Shown piece after piece: positions 52,177-63,305 of a stretch of 64,000 nucleotides of DNA. Positions within the stretch are counted from its first letter, which is position 1, and each line of letters opens with the position of its first letter. The position numbers were made by a program, and so were the translations under genes. Origin of the DNA: an uncultured Prevotella sp. (GTDB lineage: Bacteria > Bacteroidota > Bacteroidia > Bacteroidales > Bacteroidaceae); contig OMZV01000012.1 in the NCBI GenBank assembly GCA_900315635.1, positions 7,109 through 71,108 of the forward strand, given 5' to 3'. Under the pieces are notes generated by a model, which saw only the letters and a list, made by a program, of their open reading frames with translations, did no database searches and had not been told where the DNA came from.

Positions 52177-55100
52177 GTTTCAATCCACACGCCCCGTGCA
52201 GGGCGTGACATTATTGAACTTTCATTTTTCCTTTGCAAAGTTGTTTCAACCCACATGCCCCGTGCGGGACGTGACCGTGAACACGGAAGAGGACGTGCCA
52301 TATAGATGGTTTCAACCCACACGCCCCGTGCGGGACGTGACGACATAGACCGTTGGCACAAGGCTAAGGGTTGGTTTCAACCCACACGCCCCGTGCGGGG
52401 CGTGACGTCGCATTAATCATTGCCAATGTGACTGAGTTAGGTTTCAACCCACATGCCCCGTGCGGGGCGTGACCGTTGCAAAGGGTAAGGCAACTAGAGC
52501 AGAGGGTGGTTTCAACACACACGCCCCGTGCGGGGCGTGACATTTCCCACTCTTTATTTTCTGCACTTGGTTCCGTTTCAACCCACACGCCCCGTGCGGG
52601 GCGTGACAATCTCCCTTCATCACGGTGGTTAAATAAGATTGTTTCAACCCACACGCCCCGTGCGGGGCGTGACAGAGGAGAATTAACGACAGGCATACTT
52701 TTAATAGTTTCAACCCACACGCCCTGTGCGGGGCGTGACCGTCGGCACTCGACCGCACCAACAATATCCTCGTGTTTCAACCCACACGCCCCGTGCGGGG
52801 CGTGACTTTGTCTCCCTTTAGATCATCCTCGTTGAGACAGTTTCAACCCACACGCCCCGTGCGGGGCGTGACTCCACATATCCGGCGTTCTTACTATCTA
52901 CGGTGTTTCAACCCACACGCCCCGTGCGGGGCGTGACCTGGTGCGCAGTGGAATATCTGTCAATCAGAGAGTTTCAACCCACACGCCCCGTGCGGGGCGT
53001 GACTGACCGCTATAGTGGCGGCTATGAGCTATGTTGAGTTTCAACCCACACGCCCCGTGCGGGGCGTGACACGATAGCCTTGCCGGCATTCTGCACACCC
53101 GTAACGTTTCAACCCACACGCCCCGTGCGGGGCGTGACAAAAGCAGCAGTATTGAGGGTCTGAGCTCTTAAGTTTCAACCCACACGCCCCGTGCGGGGCG
53201 TGACCATGTGCTTTTCGATGGCCTCTGCAGATCTGTCAGTTTCAACCCACACGCCCCGTGCGGGGCGTGACGTAATACATAGCTTTACCAGGGTCGCTAT
53301 TGATAGTTTCAACCCACACGCCCCGTGCGGGGCGTGACCTGGACCGCTTTTTGGTAAAACTTTACAGCGTTTGTTTCAACCCACACGCCCCGTGCGGGGC
53401 GTGACTCGGATTAAGCTTCCAGCACAACTTGGATTTTCTGTTTCAACCCACACGCCCCGTGCGGGGCGTGACCATAGGATTAATTTTGTCTCTAGTAAAC
53501 TTTTGTTTCAACCCACACGCCCCGTGCGGGGCGTGACATTTGTATCATGTTTAATAATGTTTATTGTCATGTTTTAACCCACACGCCCCGTGCGGGGCGT
53601 GACTGGTTTTAGTTGTATGTTGTCTGAGGACTTAGCAGTTTCAACCCACACGCCCCGTGCGGGGCGTGACTTCAGTACCAAAAGGACACGGGCGTTGTTT
53701 ACATGTTTCAACCCACACGCCCCGTGCGGGGCGTGACGGTCGAAACTCGTTAGTTCATTCGATGGCGAAAGTTTCAACCCACACGCCCCGTGCGGGGCGT
53801 GACCTACCCTGCTAAGTGGCTCAACCAGAGTACCACGTTTCAACCCACACGCCCCGTGCGGGGCGTGACTGCCTTTGCAGCCCCCACCGCCCTACGGGGT
53901 CTTGGGTTTCAACCCACACGCCCCGTGCGGGGCGTGACTGATGCCATGTCCACATCACTCATCAGATTGAGTTTCAACCCACACGCCCCGTGCGGGGCGT
54001 GACTGATTCTCGTTGGCGTTTTCGCATTCGCATGGCGTTTCAACCCACACGCCCCGTGCGGGGCGTGACCCATTCCTGCAATACCGTGTCGAGAGTGAGG
54101 AAGTTTCAACCCACACGCCCCGTGCGGGGCGTGACTTTATCAGGATTTTTATCGTAATCCTCTTCTCGAGTTTCAACCCACACGCCCCGTGCGGGGCGTG
54201 ACTTGACCTAGTTTCTGGTGAGTTCAATGCAGATTTGTTTCAACCCACACGCCCCGTGCGGGGCGTGACTCAACAGGCTGCTGAATCTGCTCATGCTCAA
54301 CGTTTCAACCCACACGCCCCGTGCGGGGCGTGACGTTGACCAGTTAACTGCCTCTGCCTTTGCTGCTCGTTTCAACCCACACGCCCCGTGCGGGGCGTGA
54401 CTAGTCAGGCACAAAAGATGTTCAAAGGTCGTTTGTTTCAACCCACACGCCCCGTGCGGGGCGTGACGAGATACTAACTGACGGTACTAACGACTATGGA
54501 GTTTCAACCCACACGCCCCGTGCGGGGCGTGACTAAAGTAATCAATCACTAGTTGATTGTGGAGGGTGTTTCAACCCACACGCCCCGTGCGGGGCGTGAC
54601 AAATCCGTTACTTTATTTCATCAGAGTATGGTCCGTTTCAACCCACACGCCCCGTGCGGGGCGTGACGGTATTTTCTATATTCTTCCTGAGGCTGACTAT
54701 GTTTCAACCCACACGCCCCGTGCGGGGCGTGACCTTTGTCTGTGGCTAGTCTGTCCTCTGGCATTCTGTTTCAACCCACACGCCCCGTGCGGGGCGTGAC
54801 AGGTATATTTTATATTCTTCCTGAGGCTGATTATGTTTCAACCCACACGCCCCGTGCGGGGCGTGACTCGGAGGTCATACCATGTATTCAATTCCAAACT
54901 GTTTCAACCCACACGCCCCGTGCGGGGCGTGACCAGCTAGAGAGCCTTGCGACATCTGCCAACGTCCGTTTCAACCCACACGCCCCGTGCGGGGCGTGAC
55001 TCTGTCTGCTTTTGGTCCTGGTACGCAAACTTGAAGTTTCAACCCACACGCCCCGTGCGGGGCGTGACTCTGACCAACGTTACTTTGCAATCCCTCGCAA

Positions 55101-55401
55101 AAGTTTCAACCCACACGCCCCGTGCGGGGCGTGACAGCTAGTGAGCCTTGCGATAGCTTCCAACGTCCGTTTCAACCCACACGCCCCGTGCGGGGCGTGA
55201 CCCCTGAAAAAACTATTAAATATCACAAAGTTATGTTTCAACCCACACGCCCCGTGCGGGGCGTGACGCAATCCTACAGGGATCTGTTGCCAAAAGCAAG
55301 AGTTTCAACCCACACGCCCCGTGCGGGGCGTGACTTGGGTGCATGTGCTGCCCGTTGCTATATTACAAGTTTCAACCCACACGCCCCGTGCGGGGCGTGA
55401 C
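52177..55401 (-). CRISPR. Type I-C CRISPR array, 49 repeats and 48 spacers (32-36 bp)
   Basis: 33-bp repeat GTCACGCCCCGCACGGGGCGTGTGGGTTGAAAC on the minus strand; degenerate repeats at the 52.2-52.7 kb trailer end. Confidence 0.99.
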
Positions 55402-55584
55402 CCCTTGTTATCAGAATTCCTTTTTCAATCATGGCTTTTCAACTATTAATTGCGAAAAGAAATTCATAATAACATATATTGTTGTTGATTAGAGCTATTG
55501 CAGCCCTAATCAATTAAAGATCAACGACTGCGAACATAACGGGTATATGACGACCACTTAAGGTTCGCAGACCGGAAATCACGG
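55402..55584 (-). promoter_or_regulatory. CRISPR leader
   Basis: AT-rich segment between cas2 and the first perfect repeat, with tgcgaac...gttcgca inverted motifs. Confidence 0.85.
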
Positions 55585-55875
55585 CTATATAATCAGTTCC
55601 TCTTCGACATTGAATCCGTGTTTTATGCCGAGAGTCTCAACCTTCGTGTTATAGTTATTTCCGAGATTATAGAAGCGTATAGAGTCATGTTTCTCATCCA
55701 TTAAGCCCTTTAGCTCAAGTTTCAACCTGACAAACTGAGAATAATCGAGTACGCACTCAAAGACTGAATTCTGCACACGCTGACCATAGTTCATACAAGC
55801 CTTCGCTACCTTTCGCAGCCGCATCTGACCTTTAGGCGATACGGTCTCAACATCGTAAGTAACCAGAACTAACAT
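55585..55875 (-). CDS. cas2: Cas2
   Basis: LVTYDV, RVQNSVFEC and DSIRFY motifs. Confidence 0.97.
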   Translation of the reverse strand: MLVLVTYDVETVSPKGQMRLRKVAKACMNYGQRVQNSVFECVLDYSQFVRLKLELKGLMDEKHDSIRFYNLGNNYNTKVETLGIKHGFNVEEELII

Positions 55876-55890
55876 AATAACACACGTTTT

Positions 55891-56925
55891 TTATTGCACC
55901 AAGAATACAGGATAGCCATCAAGATTGCCACGGACATAACGGGCAAGGAGCATCGACTGGATATAAGGGATAAGTCCGACGGGTACTGTTTCTTTAAGGA
56001 AAGGATGAGTCAATGTCTCTTTCTTCCTTTTCTGCCATGCCGACAGGACTGTTTTCTTACAAGAGTCGGTCATCAGTATATTATCCTCGCCATTCTCTAT
56101 GAAATCCTTATCCGTCACCTGTCCCCTGTTTATCATGCTTAACACGAGGCGATCGGCTAGATAGGCACGGAGTTCCTCCATCAGGTCCAGAGCAAGGCTG
56201 GCACGCCCGGGGCGGTCGGTATGCATGAAACCGACATAAGGGTCTAGACCAACCGATTCCAAAGCTGACTGACACTCATGAGCCAAGAGAGTATAGGCAA
56301 ATGACAACAAGCAGTTGACAGGGTCTTTAGGAGGACGACGGTTACGCCCATGAAAAGCAAACGCCGCATTATGAGAGGTTATTAGCTGACCAAACAGTGA
56401 GAAATAAGCATTGGCAGCATCGCCTTCAAGTCCTCTAAGCCTATCCATATCAATACAAGAAAGAGCATTACGTCTGTCGGTGTCCATCAACTGGGTTATC
56501 TTCTGGTAGTTAGTCTCATCTGAAATAAGACTGCCATGGTCACGTCTGAAACGGTCGAGGTTCTTCCTTGAATTGAAAATCTTACCGGCAATCATGACTT
56601 TGCTGACACCAAGACTCCGGTCCTTGTCGTCGGCATAGCGGTACTGCTGCCGACGAAGGAGGACATTGCCATTCACCTGACCTGTAACTCGTGCAAGGAA
56701 CCGCCCATTAGGTGTAAGGAAGCAGATGCCAATGTTCCGTTCGGCACACATTGCCATAAGGTAAGGCGAAGCTCCAAGTCTGTTGAAGCAAACGATACCT
56801 TCAAGGTTAAGTGTCGGAATACGCATTACCTCACGCTGGTCTATCTTGGCTACGACATTCTCGCCGTCCTTAGTAAGATAGACATCAGGGTTGGTGACAT
56901 AGAGAGTATTGAGTAACTTTCTCAT
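55891..56925 (-). CDS. cas1: Cas1 (type I-C)
   Basis: LRGLEG, RRPPKDPVN and LALDLMEELR motifs. Confidence 0.98.
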   Translation of the reverse strand: MRKLLNTLYVTNPDVYLTKDGENVVAKIDQREVMRIPTLNLEGIVCFNRLGASPYLMAMCAERNIGICFLTPNGRFLARVTGQVNGNVLLRRQQYRYADDKDRSLGVSKVMIAGKIFNSRKNLDRFRRDHGSLISDETNYQKITQLMDTDRRNALSCIDMDRLRGLEGDAANAYFSLFGQLITSHNAAFAFHGRNRRPPKDPVNCLLSFAYTLLAHECQSALESVGLDPYVGFMHTDRPGRASLALDLMEELRAYLADRLVLSMINRGQVTDKDFIENGEDNILMTDSCKKTVLSAWQKRKKETLTHPFLKETVPVGLIPYIQSMLLARYVRGNLDGYPVFLVQ

Positions 56926-57587
56926 TGGCTTAACTGCTTTAGATATGCCTTTACGGATGATGCCTTACGTAAGTCGGGGCACATGCAAATATCCTTCAGT
57001 GAGCATGAACGGCACTTGCTTTGTGGCAGTGCGTCGGGAATTTCACCGCTATCGAACACACGGTGCATTTCAACAGACAATTCATTAACATGAGTCCGCA
57101 GTGATTCAGACATCGTTACAGTTGTCCTTCGGCGTGTCTCTCCATAGTAAATGGCTCCATGAGGAATGCTTATACCATACATTTCCTCCAGACACATCGA
57201 CTGAGCACACAATTGCACTTCATCTATATCATCATCCTTTGGCTTACCATGCTTATACTCAACAGGGACGACCCGCCAACGCCCAGGATACTTCGGAACA
57301 GTTAAAGCCGTTGCAGAGCTATCCTCAAGCGGTAGAAGTTCCATTAGGTCAGCTATGCCGAAGAAGCCTAACCTATAGGACTTTACCGCCACAGAGCGCA
57401 ATACAACATTACCACTATCATATTCCATCGCAAACGGATCATCGACCTTTCTGTGAAGCCAATCACCTTCGATAGTCAGATGATTGTCAGCCCATTGTGT
57501 GTCGATGTGAGCAAGAGCCCACTGGCGAGGACAGAAAGCGTAATGCTGTATTCCGGAAAGCATTAAAAGGTCGTCGTCGCTATACAT
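56922..57587 (-). CDS. cas4: Cas4
   Basis: FCPRQW, EYKHG, QLCAQ and CRSCSLKDIC motifs. Confidence 0.96.
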   Translation of the reverse strand: MYSDDDLLMLSGIQHYAFCPRQWALAHIDTQWADNHLTIEGDWLHRKVDDPFAMEYDSGNVVLRSVAVKSYRLGFFGIADLMELLPLEDSSATALTVPKYPGRWRVVPVEYKHGKPKDDDIDEVQLCAQSMCLEEMYGISIPHGAIYYGETRRRTTVTMSESLRTHVNELSVEMHRVFDSGEIPDALPQSKCRSCSLKDICMCPDLRKASSVKAYLKQLSQ

Positions 57588-57604
57588 TATTATTATATAT
57601 AGTG

Positions 57605-58447
57605 TCAGATTAACTCCTGCACCTCGACTCCGACGGGAAGGCTGTCCTTGTCGACGGTAACTTCATAGTCGGAGAATGAGCGTGGCGGACGGGACGGGTC
57701 TTTCTGGGCTACATGAACCAGGTCGAAGAGCTTGTAAGAAGGAGCGTTGCCCAACTCGGAGTCATGACGGAAGACTATCAGACGGCGCGGGCACATCATG
57801 CCACGAGCGGCACTGTGGTCGACATCAAACATATTCTTAAGCGCATCCCAGAACAACTGCAGGTCTTCATCGGTGAATCCCGTCTGACGTGCTAGGTTTG
57901 CCGAGACAAATCCATGAGTAAGGTAAAGTCCGTATGGAACGGTATACTTACGTCCCATAGTCTGGCGAGTGCCGGCATCATCGGCACTGCTGCCCTTGGC
58001 ATCGGTAACAGCCATACGGGTTATTGCGTGCTCAGAAGTTGTGATCGGAGAGACAGAGCGGGCGAAGGTCAACTGCACAGGACCGCGGACCTGACCGGCA
58101 TTCTTCTTACCTGTCGACATGACTGCTCCAAAGGTACGGACATCATAGAACCTGTTGCACATGCTCTGGCGGGCATCGTCCTTGCTCTTAGTGTCCTTGG
58201 CAGTATCGGCAATAGTGTCATTGAGCACGCTGCCTTCCTTGATAAATATATCGTAAGGCGGCTGCGCACCCTTGACAGTCTGGACATAGTTGCGCACCTT
58301 GCGCTTCAGGCAGACATCAGTAACAAGCCCATCGCCGGTCTCGGCATCTACGCGCGGCATGTTGCCCGCATCCGGGTCGCCATTTGGGTTGCCGTCTTCG
58401 ACATCGAAGAGGTAAACAAAATCATAACGGTTGTTTATTGGTTCCAT
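57605..58447 (-). CDS. cas7: Cas7/Csd2
   Basis: [13 protein letters not shown] and DVRTFGAV motifs. Confidence 0.97.
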   Translation of the reverse strand: MEPINNRYDFVYLFDVEDGNPNGDPDAGNMPRVDAETGDGLVTDVCLKRKVRNYVQTVKGAQPPYDIFIKEGSVLNDTIADTAKDTKSKDDARQSMCNRFYDVRTFGAVMSTGKKNAGQVRGPVQLTFARSVSPITTSEHAITRMAVTDAKGSSADDAGTRQTMGRKYTVPYGLYLTHGFVSANLARQTGFTDEDLQLFWDALKNMFDVDHSAARGMMCPRRLIVFRHDSELGNAPSYKLFDLVHVAQKDPSRPPRSFSDYEVTVDKDSLPVGVEVQELI

Positions 58448-58472
58448 AGTTATATGAATTTTTTATTGTTAT

Positions 58473-60221
58473 TTATTCTGTTGGAGTTTCACTGTTGGCA
58501 TCACTGTCCTTCTTCTTGAAGAAGTCCTGACGCTGCTGATAATAGCCAATGGCAAAACGTGACTGGTCGTCGAGTGAGAAGTGGGCGGGCAGTCCGTCGG
58601 GGTTGAGAAGTTCCATGACTTCACCCTTCAAGCGCTCGAAATAGACCTGCCTGCCATGCGATAGTTTCTGCAAGTGGTGGTTGGACAACGCCGACAAGCG
58701 GGCGAAAGCCAAATTAGGGGTACAAGAGAATGAGTCATAATACTTATCCCTGATGGAGGAGTTGACTCCGCCGGGCATAGCTTCTTGCTGTATCTTCTCA
58801 AAGATTGCAAGCAGCCTGCCACAGAGATAGGCAGGGTTGGTGTTGGTTAAATCAAGTGACATAGTTATAGCTTTTTCGTTATTGTTATTCTTTCTAGTCA
58901 GATAAGCCTTTAGCAAAGACGCTCTGTTGCGGTTGACTTTTCTGTCAGCCTTAATCCTGCCGATAGTCTGCTGTTGTAACAGCTCAGGATAAGGCAGTCC
59001 CTCAAGTATTGACAACATCATCGATGGAAACAGCTGGGGTGGAAGGTTTTCCTCCTTGTACTGAAGGGATATGCTGCGAAGGAGGTTTGCCAACGGCATA
59101 AATTCCTTATCGCCCGGACCACGGACAATGTCCAAATCGGCAAAATAGCGGCGGATGTTGACAGCCATCTTACGTACCGTAGTTTCTTCCCACAGCTTCA
59201 CGGCTATAAGTCCATTAGGGCTGAGCAACAAAACATAGAAGCGAGTATCGCCATCGCCCATAACGGTTCCTGTCAAAGGAGCCTTAAGCAACGAGGAAAT
59301 CTGTTCGACATTGCGGTCTGGGTCGTCCGTTGGTAACGCAGTGAAGAAGACAGAGAACATATCGCTGAACTTATTGTCCTTGCCAGCCCAAAAGACAAGG
59401 GTATCCTTATTGAAGAAGAACTTATTCCTGGACTTAGGGGCAAGCAATGTGTTCAGGGCTGTCGAGTAAGCATAATTGGCTTCGATGGATATAGGAGCGT
59501 TGAGTCCTTGCTCCTTATGGTAGGAGTCGTAGCCAGAATTCTTCTGAAATCCTACAAGCTTGGCTCTACCAAGTTTGGTATTACGAAGTGAAATGGAGCT
59601 ATTGACTCTGGCAATGTGGCGGTGCTCGCCAGTGACTAGGCAAAGTCCCTCAGGAGCATCTGGATCGTCGTCACCATAATTGAAGCCTGCGGCTGTCCCA
59701 ACAGGTTCTGCTTCTGTGACAAGACGGAAAGCGAAGTTGGTGCCGCCCTTCTTAAAAGCCTCATCAAAGAGAGGGTCCGACTTTAGCTTACTAATGTTTT
59801 GTTGCAGCTTGCCATAGAAGCGGACGACGGCTGACAAGCCCTCGTCATGAGGATTTAGTGCTTCCAACCGATGGAGCTCATCCTGAAAAGTCTTGCATTG
59901 CTTTGCGGCAGTAGATGCTTCCTTTGTATTAGTAAAGTCCAGCTTATCAGGAAAGCCAAACACATAACCATAATGGTCCCAAAGGCTGTTAGCAGTAGCC
60001 CAGCTCTTACTTCCTGACCGTTCGCGCAAATGGCAGAGCATAAACTTCTTGACCGTCTTTACTCCATCAATATCCTCGGCAGTTGACTCCAGCCGAAGGA
60101 AATCGCCGTCAGGATTGATGACGACAAGGTATGGAATCGGTCGCGATTCACGTCCGTATGGCGGCATCTCCCCGAGTACTGCCTTACGGTCATAATATTC
60201 ACAAAGCGCCTGTAGTATCAT
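58473..60221 (-). CDS. cas8c: Cas8c/Csd1
   Basis: MILQALCEYY, LCLVTG, AYLCGRL and QSRFAIGYYQQ motifs. Confidence 0.95.
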   Translation of the reverse strand: MILQALCEYYDRKAVLGEMPPYGRESRPIPYLVVINPDGDFLRLESTAEDIDGVKTVKKFMLCHLRERSGSKSWATANSLWDHYGYVFGFPDKLDFTNTKEASTAAKQCKTFQDELHRLEALNPHDEGLSAVVRFYGKLQQNISKLKSDPLFDEAFKKGGTNFAFRLVTEAEPVGTAAGFNYGDDDPDAPEGLCLVTGEHRHIARVNSSISLRNTKLGRAKLVGFQKNSGYDSYHKEQGLNAPISIEANYAYSTALNTLLAPKSRNKFFFNKDTLVFWAGKDNKFSDMFSVFFTALPTDDPDRNVEQISSLLKAPLTGTVMGDGDTRFYVLLLSPNGLIAVKLWEETTVRKMAVNIRRYFADLDIVRGPGDKEFMPLANLLRSISLQYKEENLPPQLFPSMMLSILEGLPYPELLQQQTIGRIKADRKVNRNRASLLKAYLTRKNNNNEKAITMSLDLTNTNPAYLCGRLLAIFEKIQQEAMPGGVNSSIRDKYYDSFSCTPNLAFARLSALSNHHLQKLSHGRQVYFERLKGEVMELLNPDGLPAHFSLDDQSRFAIGYYQQRQDFFKKKDSDANSETPTE

Positions 60222-60910
60222 CGTAATATCTCCTCACTGTCTTTTGGTGGAACGGTAATAACTCCATGCTCCATCCGGGCACGGTAGAATAAAGGTGTGG
60301 CTGGCTTCTCGCCATACCTGTCGTCTTTCTGAAACTCCATGTCATAGAGCATTATGCCGAGGTCGCGTGTCTCGTCGATACCTTCGCTATATACCGCAGG
60401 TTCAATGAGTTTGAAGCCGCATGAGAATTCACGGCATCCCAGATAAGGCTGATTGAAACACTGACCCTTTCCAGCACGGCGTTCGAACATGGCATTGTAC
60501 TTGCCGGGATTCTCGTCCTTTGCCCACAACCGTTGCTCTTCATAAGGACGGTTGCGCACGGGTACATACTGCTGACGGGCAAATATACGATAGCGGACAT
60601 CACGAAGCAGCATGGAAGAACGCTGCCGCCGTTTGCGTTTGTCCTCAATGATTATCCCGTCAGATGATGGGCTCATAGTGGAGCCGACCTCATTGCGCTT
60701 GATGTTGAACCAGCGTATGGGGCTGAGCACTTCTATCCGGGTGACCTGCCAGCGAATAGCCGGTTTCCAGAAGATAGCCTCAAAGATGGCACGTGCAGCT
60801 GACGGCGTTATGACATCATAACTGACACGCTCGACCTTTAGCTCTGGACGAGTGAAGCAGGCTAAATCGCCCCAAACTTCAAGACAGTATTCTTTATCTG
60901 TATGTTCCAT
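60218..60910 (-). CDS. cas5d: Cas5d
   Basis: ACFTRPELKVERVSYDVITPSAAR and PYLGCREF motifs. Confidence 0.97.
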   Translation of the reverse strand: MEHTDKEYCLEVWGDLACFTRPELKVERVSYDVITPSAARAIFEAIFWKPAIRWQVTRIEVLSPIRWFNIKRNEVGSTMSPSSDGIIIEDKRKRRQRSSMLLRDVRYRIFARQQYVPVRNRPYEEQRLWAKDENPGKYNAMFERRAGKGQCFNQPYLGCREFSCGFKLIEPAVYSEGIDETRDLGIMLYDMEFQKDDRYGEKPATPLFYRARMEHGVITVPPKDSEEILR

Positions 60911-60919
60911 TGTCTGTTA

Positions 60920-63112
60920 TTATATTATAAGGTCTTCGTCAAGCCATTTGTTATCGAACGTAAGACCTGTGTTATCATCATAGTTGCTACAGTCGGGTAG
61001 CATGTAAACATTGTCGGCAAGTTTTATTGCGCCAAGTTTCTCCAACTCGTCACGTTTGCTTTTTGGTATGTTGACAGAATAGCGCTGTAGTTTGCGAAGC
61101 AACGAATTGGAATACTCACCGTTTCTTAGTTCAGCCAATAATGCTTCGCCATCGGAATAAGGTACATATACCGTAAGGCTGTTGTCGTCAATCATCTTGA
61201 AGGCTCCGGCTGCCGACTCAAACTGTGGATATGGACGATAAAGGAGTTCCGTCAGTCCACCAACGTCGGTGTCATTGAGTTTTGAATAGAATAGCTGGAA
61301 ATAATGCTTGGAAGCATCAGGGCTGAGGAAGTCCGTTTCGCCGGAATCAATGAGATCGAGTGTGGCAGATATTCCCTTAGCCAGTATACCGCGAGGGGAA
61401 GAGTCTGACAATTGGAAGACGTGGACTAAACCAAGTTCACGCCGCCCTTCACGGTTGCACCTGCCAGCCGACTGAATGATAGAGTCAAGCCCGGTAACCG
61501 CACGCCACACTGTGGGGAAATCAATATCGACACCAGCCTCAATAAGTTGTGTACTAACGACTATGACCGGTTCATCTTCCGCCAGGTGCTGTTTGATGGT
61601 TGAAAGTTTGTCGGCGATATGCTGTTGACACATCATTCGGGAAAGGTGAAAGGCGTTGGATTTATCCTGTAAGCCGTCATAAATTTGCCGGGCATCATTG
61701 CGGGTGTTTGCTACGCAAAGTACCTGCCTGTTCTTGTACAACTCTTCGGAAATATTCTCATAAGTCATTGGTTCTTTTTCAAACTCTATCTTGACTCTCC
61801 GCATACTTTTGAACAAGTCGGCGGTGTCTGGAATAATCTCCTTTGTTTGCAGTCCTTCGAACTTTGCGTCACCACTGCCTATTGTACCCGAGAATGCTGG
61901 TTGAGTGGCAGTAGTTAGCAGTATGCTGGTATGCATAAACTTGCTCAATCCATCCAGAATATCTATGATAGGATGGAGATTTTCGGCAGGAAGCATTTGG
62001 ACCTCGTCCAATATAAGAACCGAACGGGCTATGTTATGGAGTTTTCGGCAACGTGAGGTTTTGTTTGAATAGAGCGACTCAAAAAGCTGAACGTTTGTAG
62101 TGACAATTATCGGCGCGTCCCAGTTTTCAGTTGCCAGCCTCAATGGCAACTGGTCTTTAGCCGGTAAGCCCGAGATGTCGGCATAGCTGTGATGCTCGAC
62201 AACATTGGCGTAACCGAAAATATCACGAAGAGTATCGACCGTTTGCGTTACTATACTTGTATATGGTATAGCAATAATAATTCGTTTTAGGTTATGTCTG
62301 ATAGCGTGCTCCATAGCCCAGAGGAGTGAAGAGAGGGTCTTTCCACCACCTGTAGGAACTGTAAGGCTGTAAATACCCTGTCCAACCGTACTGCCACTAT
62401 TACAGCAGACGTCCTGTACTTTACCTCTTATTATATTAACATCGGTTTTAGGAGAAATCTCAGATAAGGAATGAAGTCTGTCGTCCAACTTTGCCTTTAG
62501 TTCAGCCAGAGAAGAATAATTGGCACGAGCCTTAAAGTTAGCCGGATTCATAAAACGTTCGGTATCAAGCCAGTCGGCGTCGACAAGGCATGAGAAAAGC
62601 ATACGAATCCAGAGATGCCAAGACTTTGGTTTTAACGAGTCATTATCAAAGTTTGGCGGAGGAAGCTGTGGCAATGGTGTAGTTGTGTCAATATATTGCC
62701 TTACATTGTCGAGCAATGGATTTTCCTGCGGTGAGAGATGAAACTTAAGACAACTCCTGCTGCCATTATCAAAATCCATCAAACCATGATGATGACCACA
62801 GATACAATAAGCAATGGGCAAGCACATTCCGCCAAGTTTTTCCTTAGCCAGTAATGCACCTGCTGTGGCATGGTCGGTTAGTCCGGGGTCGCTGACAGAA
62901 GTGTCAAGACCTGAAGCCGCAATAATATGTTTCTGAAATTTATCTGAGTATTTGCCTATATCATGCCATTTACCACAAAGTTGAGCCCACGGAGAAGCTT
63001 CAAATGCCTTTGCCATAAATGAGGCAATGGCTGCAGTTCCGTCACAATGCTCCTGTATACTCTGAGTTACAGGATCGTCATCTATAAATTTAATATGGGC
63101 AAAGTCAGTCAA
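60920..63112 (-). CDS. cas3: Cas3 HD nuclease-helicase (TTG start)
   Basis: HDIGK, HHHG, PTGGGKT, DEVQ and QSAGRCNREG motifs; TATTTTTG box at 63172. Confidence 0.97.
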   Translation of the reverse strand: MTDFAHIKFIDDDPVTQSIQEHCDGTAAIASFMAKAFEASPWAQLCGKWHDIGKYSDKFQKHIIAASGLDTSVSDPGLTDHATAGALLAKEKLGGMCLPIAYCICGHHHGLMDFDNGSRSCLKFHLSPQENPLLDNVRQYIDTTTPLPQLPPPNFDNDSLKPKSWHLWIRMLFSCLVDADWLDTERFMNPANFKARANYSSLAELKAKLDDRLHSLSEISPKTDVNIIRGKVQDVCCNSGSTVGQGIYSLTVPTGGGKTLSSLLWAMEHAIRHNLKRIIIAIPYTSIVTQTVDTLRDIFGYANVVEHHSYADISGLPAKDQLPLRLATENWDAPIIVTTNVQLFESLYSNKTSRCRKLHNIARSVLILDEVQMLPAENLHPIIDILDGLSKFMHTSILLTTATQPAFSGTIGSGDAKFEGLQTKEIIPDTADLFKSMRRVKIEFEKEPMTYENISEELYKNRQVLCVANTRNDARQIYDGLQDKSNAFHLSRMMCQQHIADKLSTIKQHLAEDEPVIVVSTQLIEAGVDIDFPTVWRAVTGLDSIIQSAGRCNREGRRELGLVHVFQLSDSSPRGILAKGISATLDLIDSGETDFLSPDASKHYFQLFYSKLNDTDVGGLTELLYRPYPQFESAAGAFKMIDDNSLTVYVPYSDGEALLAELRNGEYSNSLLRKLQRYSVNIPKSKRDELEKLGAIKLADNVYMLPDCSNYDDNTGLTFDNKWLDEDLII

Positions 63113-63305
63113 TTAGGAGTATAGTTTTAAGTTTTATGTCGGTTAGGATTTTCTTTTCCCCCACTAAGATGCAAAAATACAAAATATATTTGAATATCCA
63201 ATCAATAAGCAATAAAAAATAAAACTTTGAAATTTTCTTTGTCATGTCGCTCGTTTACATTATCTTTGTGGACTGAAAAAAGTAATCAGACATTCAGAAA
63301 AGATT

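Noticed and set aside
52210-55368. Self-targeting spacers
   Set aside because: No match found by eye within the window; the rest of the genome cannot be checked
52164-55400. Many short ORFs with HAPHGACG/SRPARGVWVET/STHTPRAG repeats
   Set aside because: These are translations of the CRISPR repeats, not genes
55585-63112. Atypical CRISPR subtype or ancillary effector
   Set aside because: Gene set and order (cas3-5-8c-7-4-1-2) are canonical I-C with no extra ORFs
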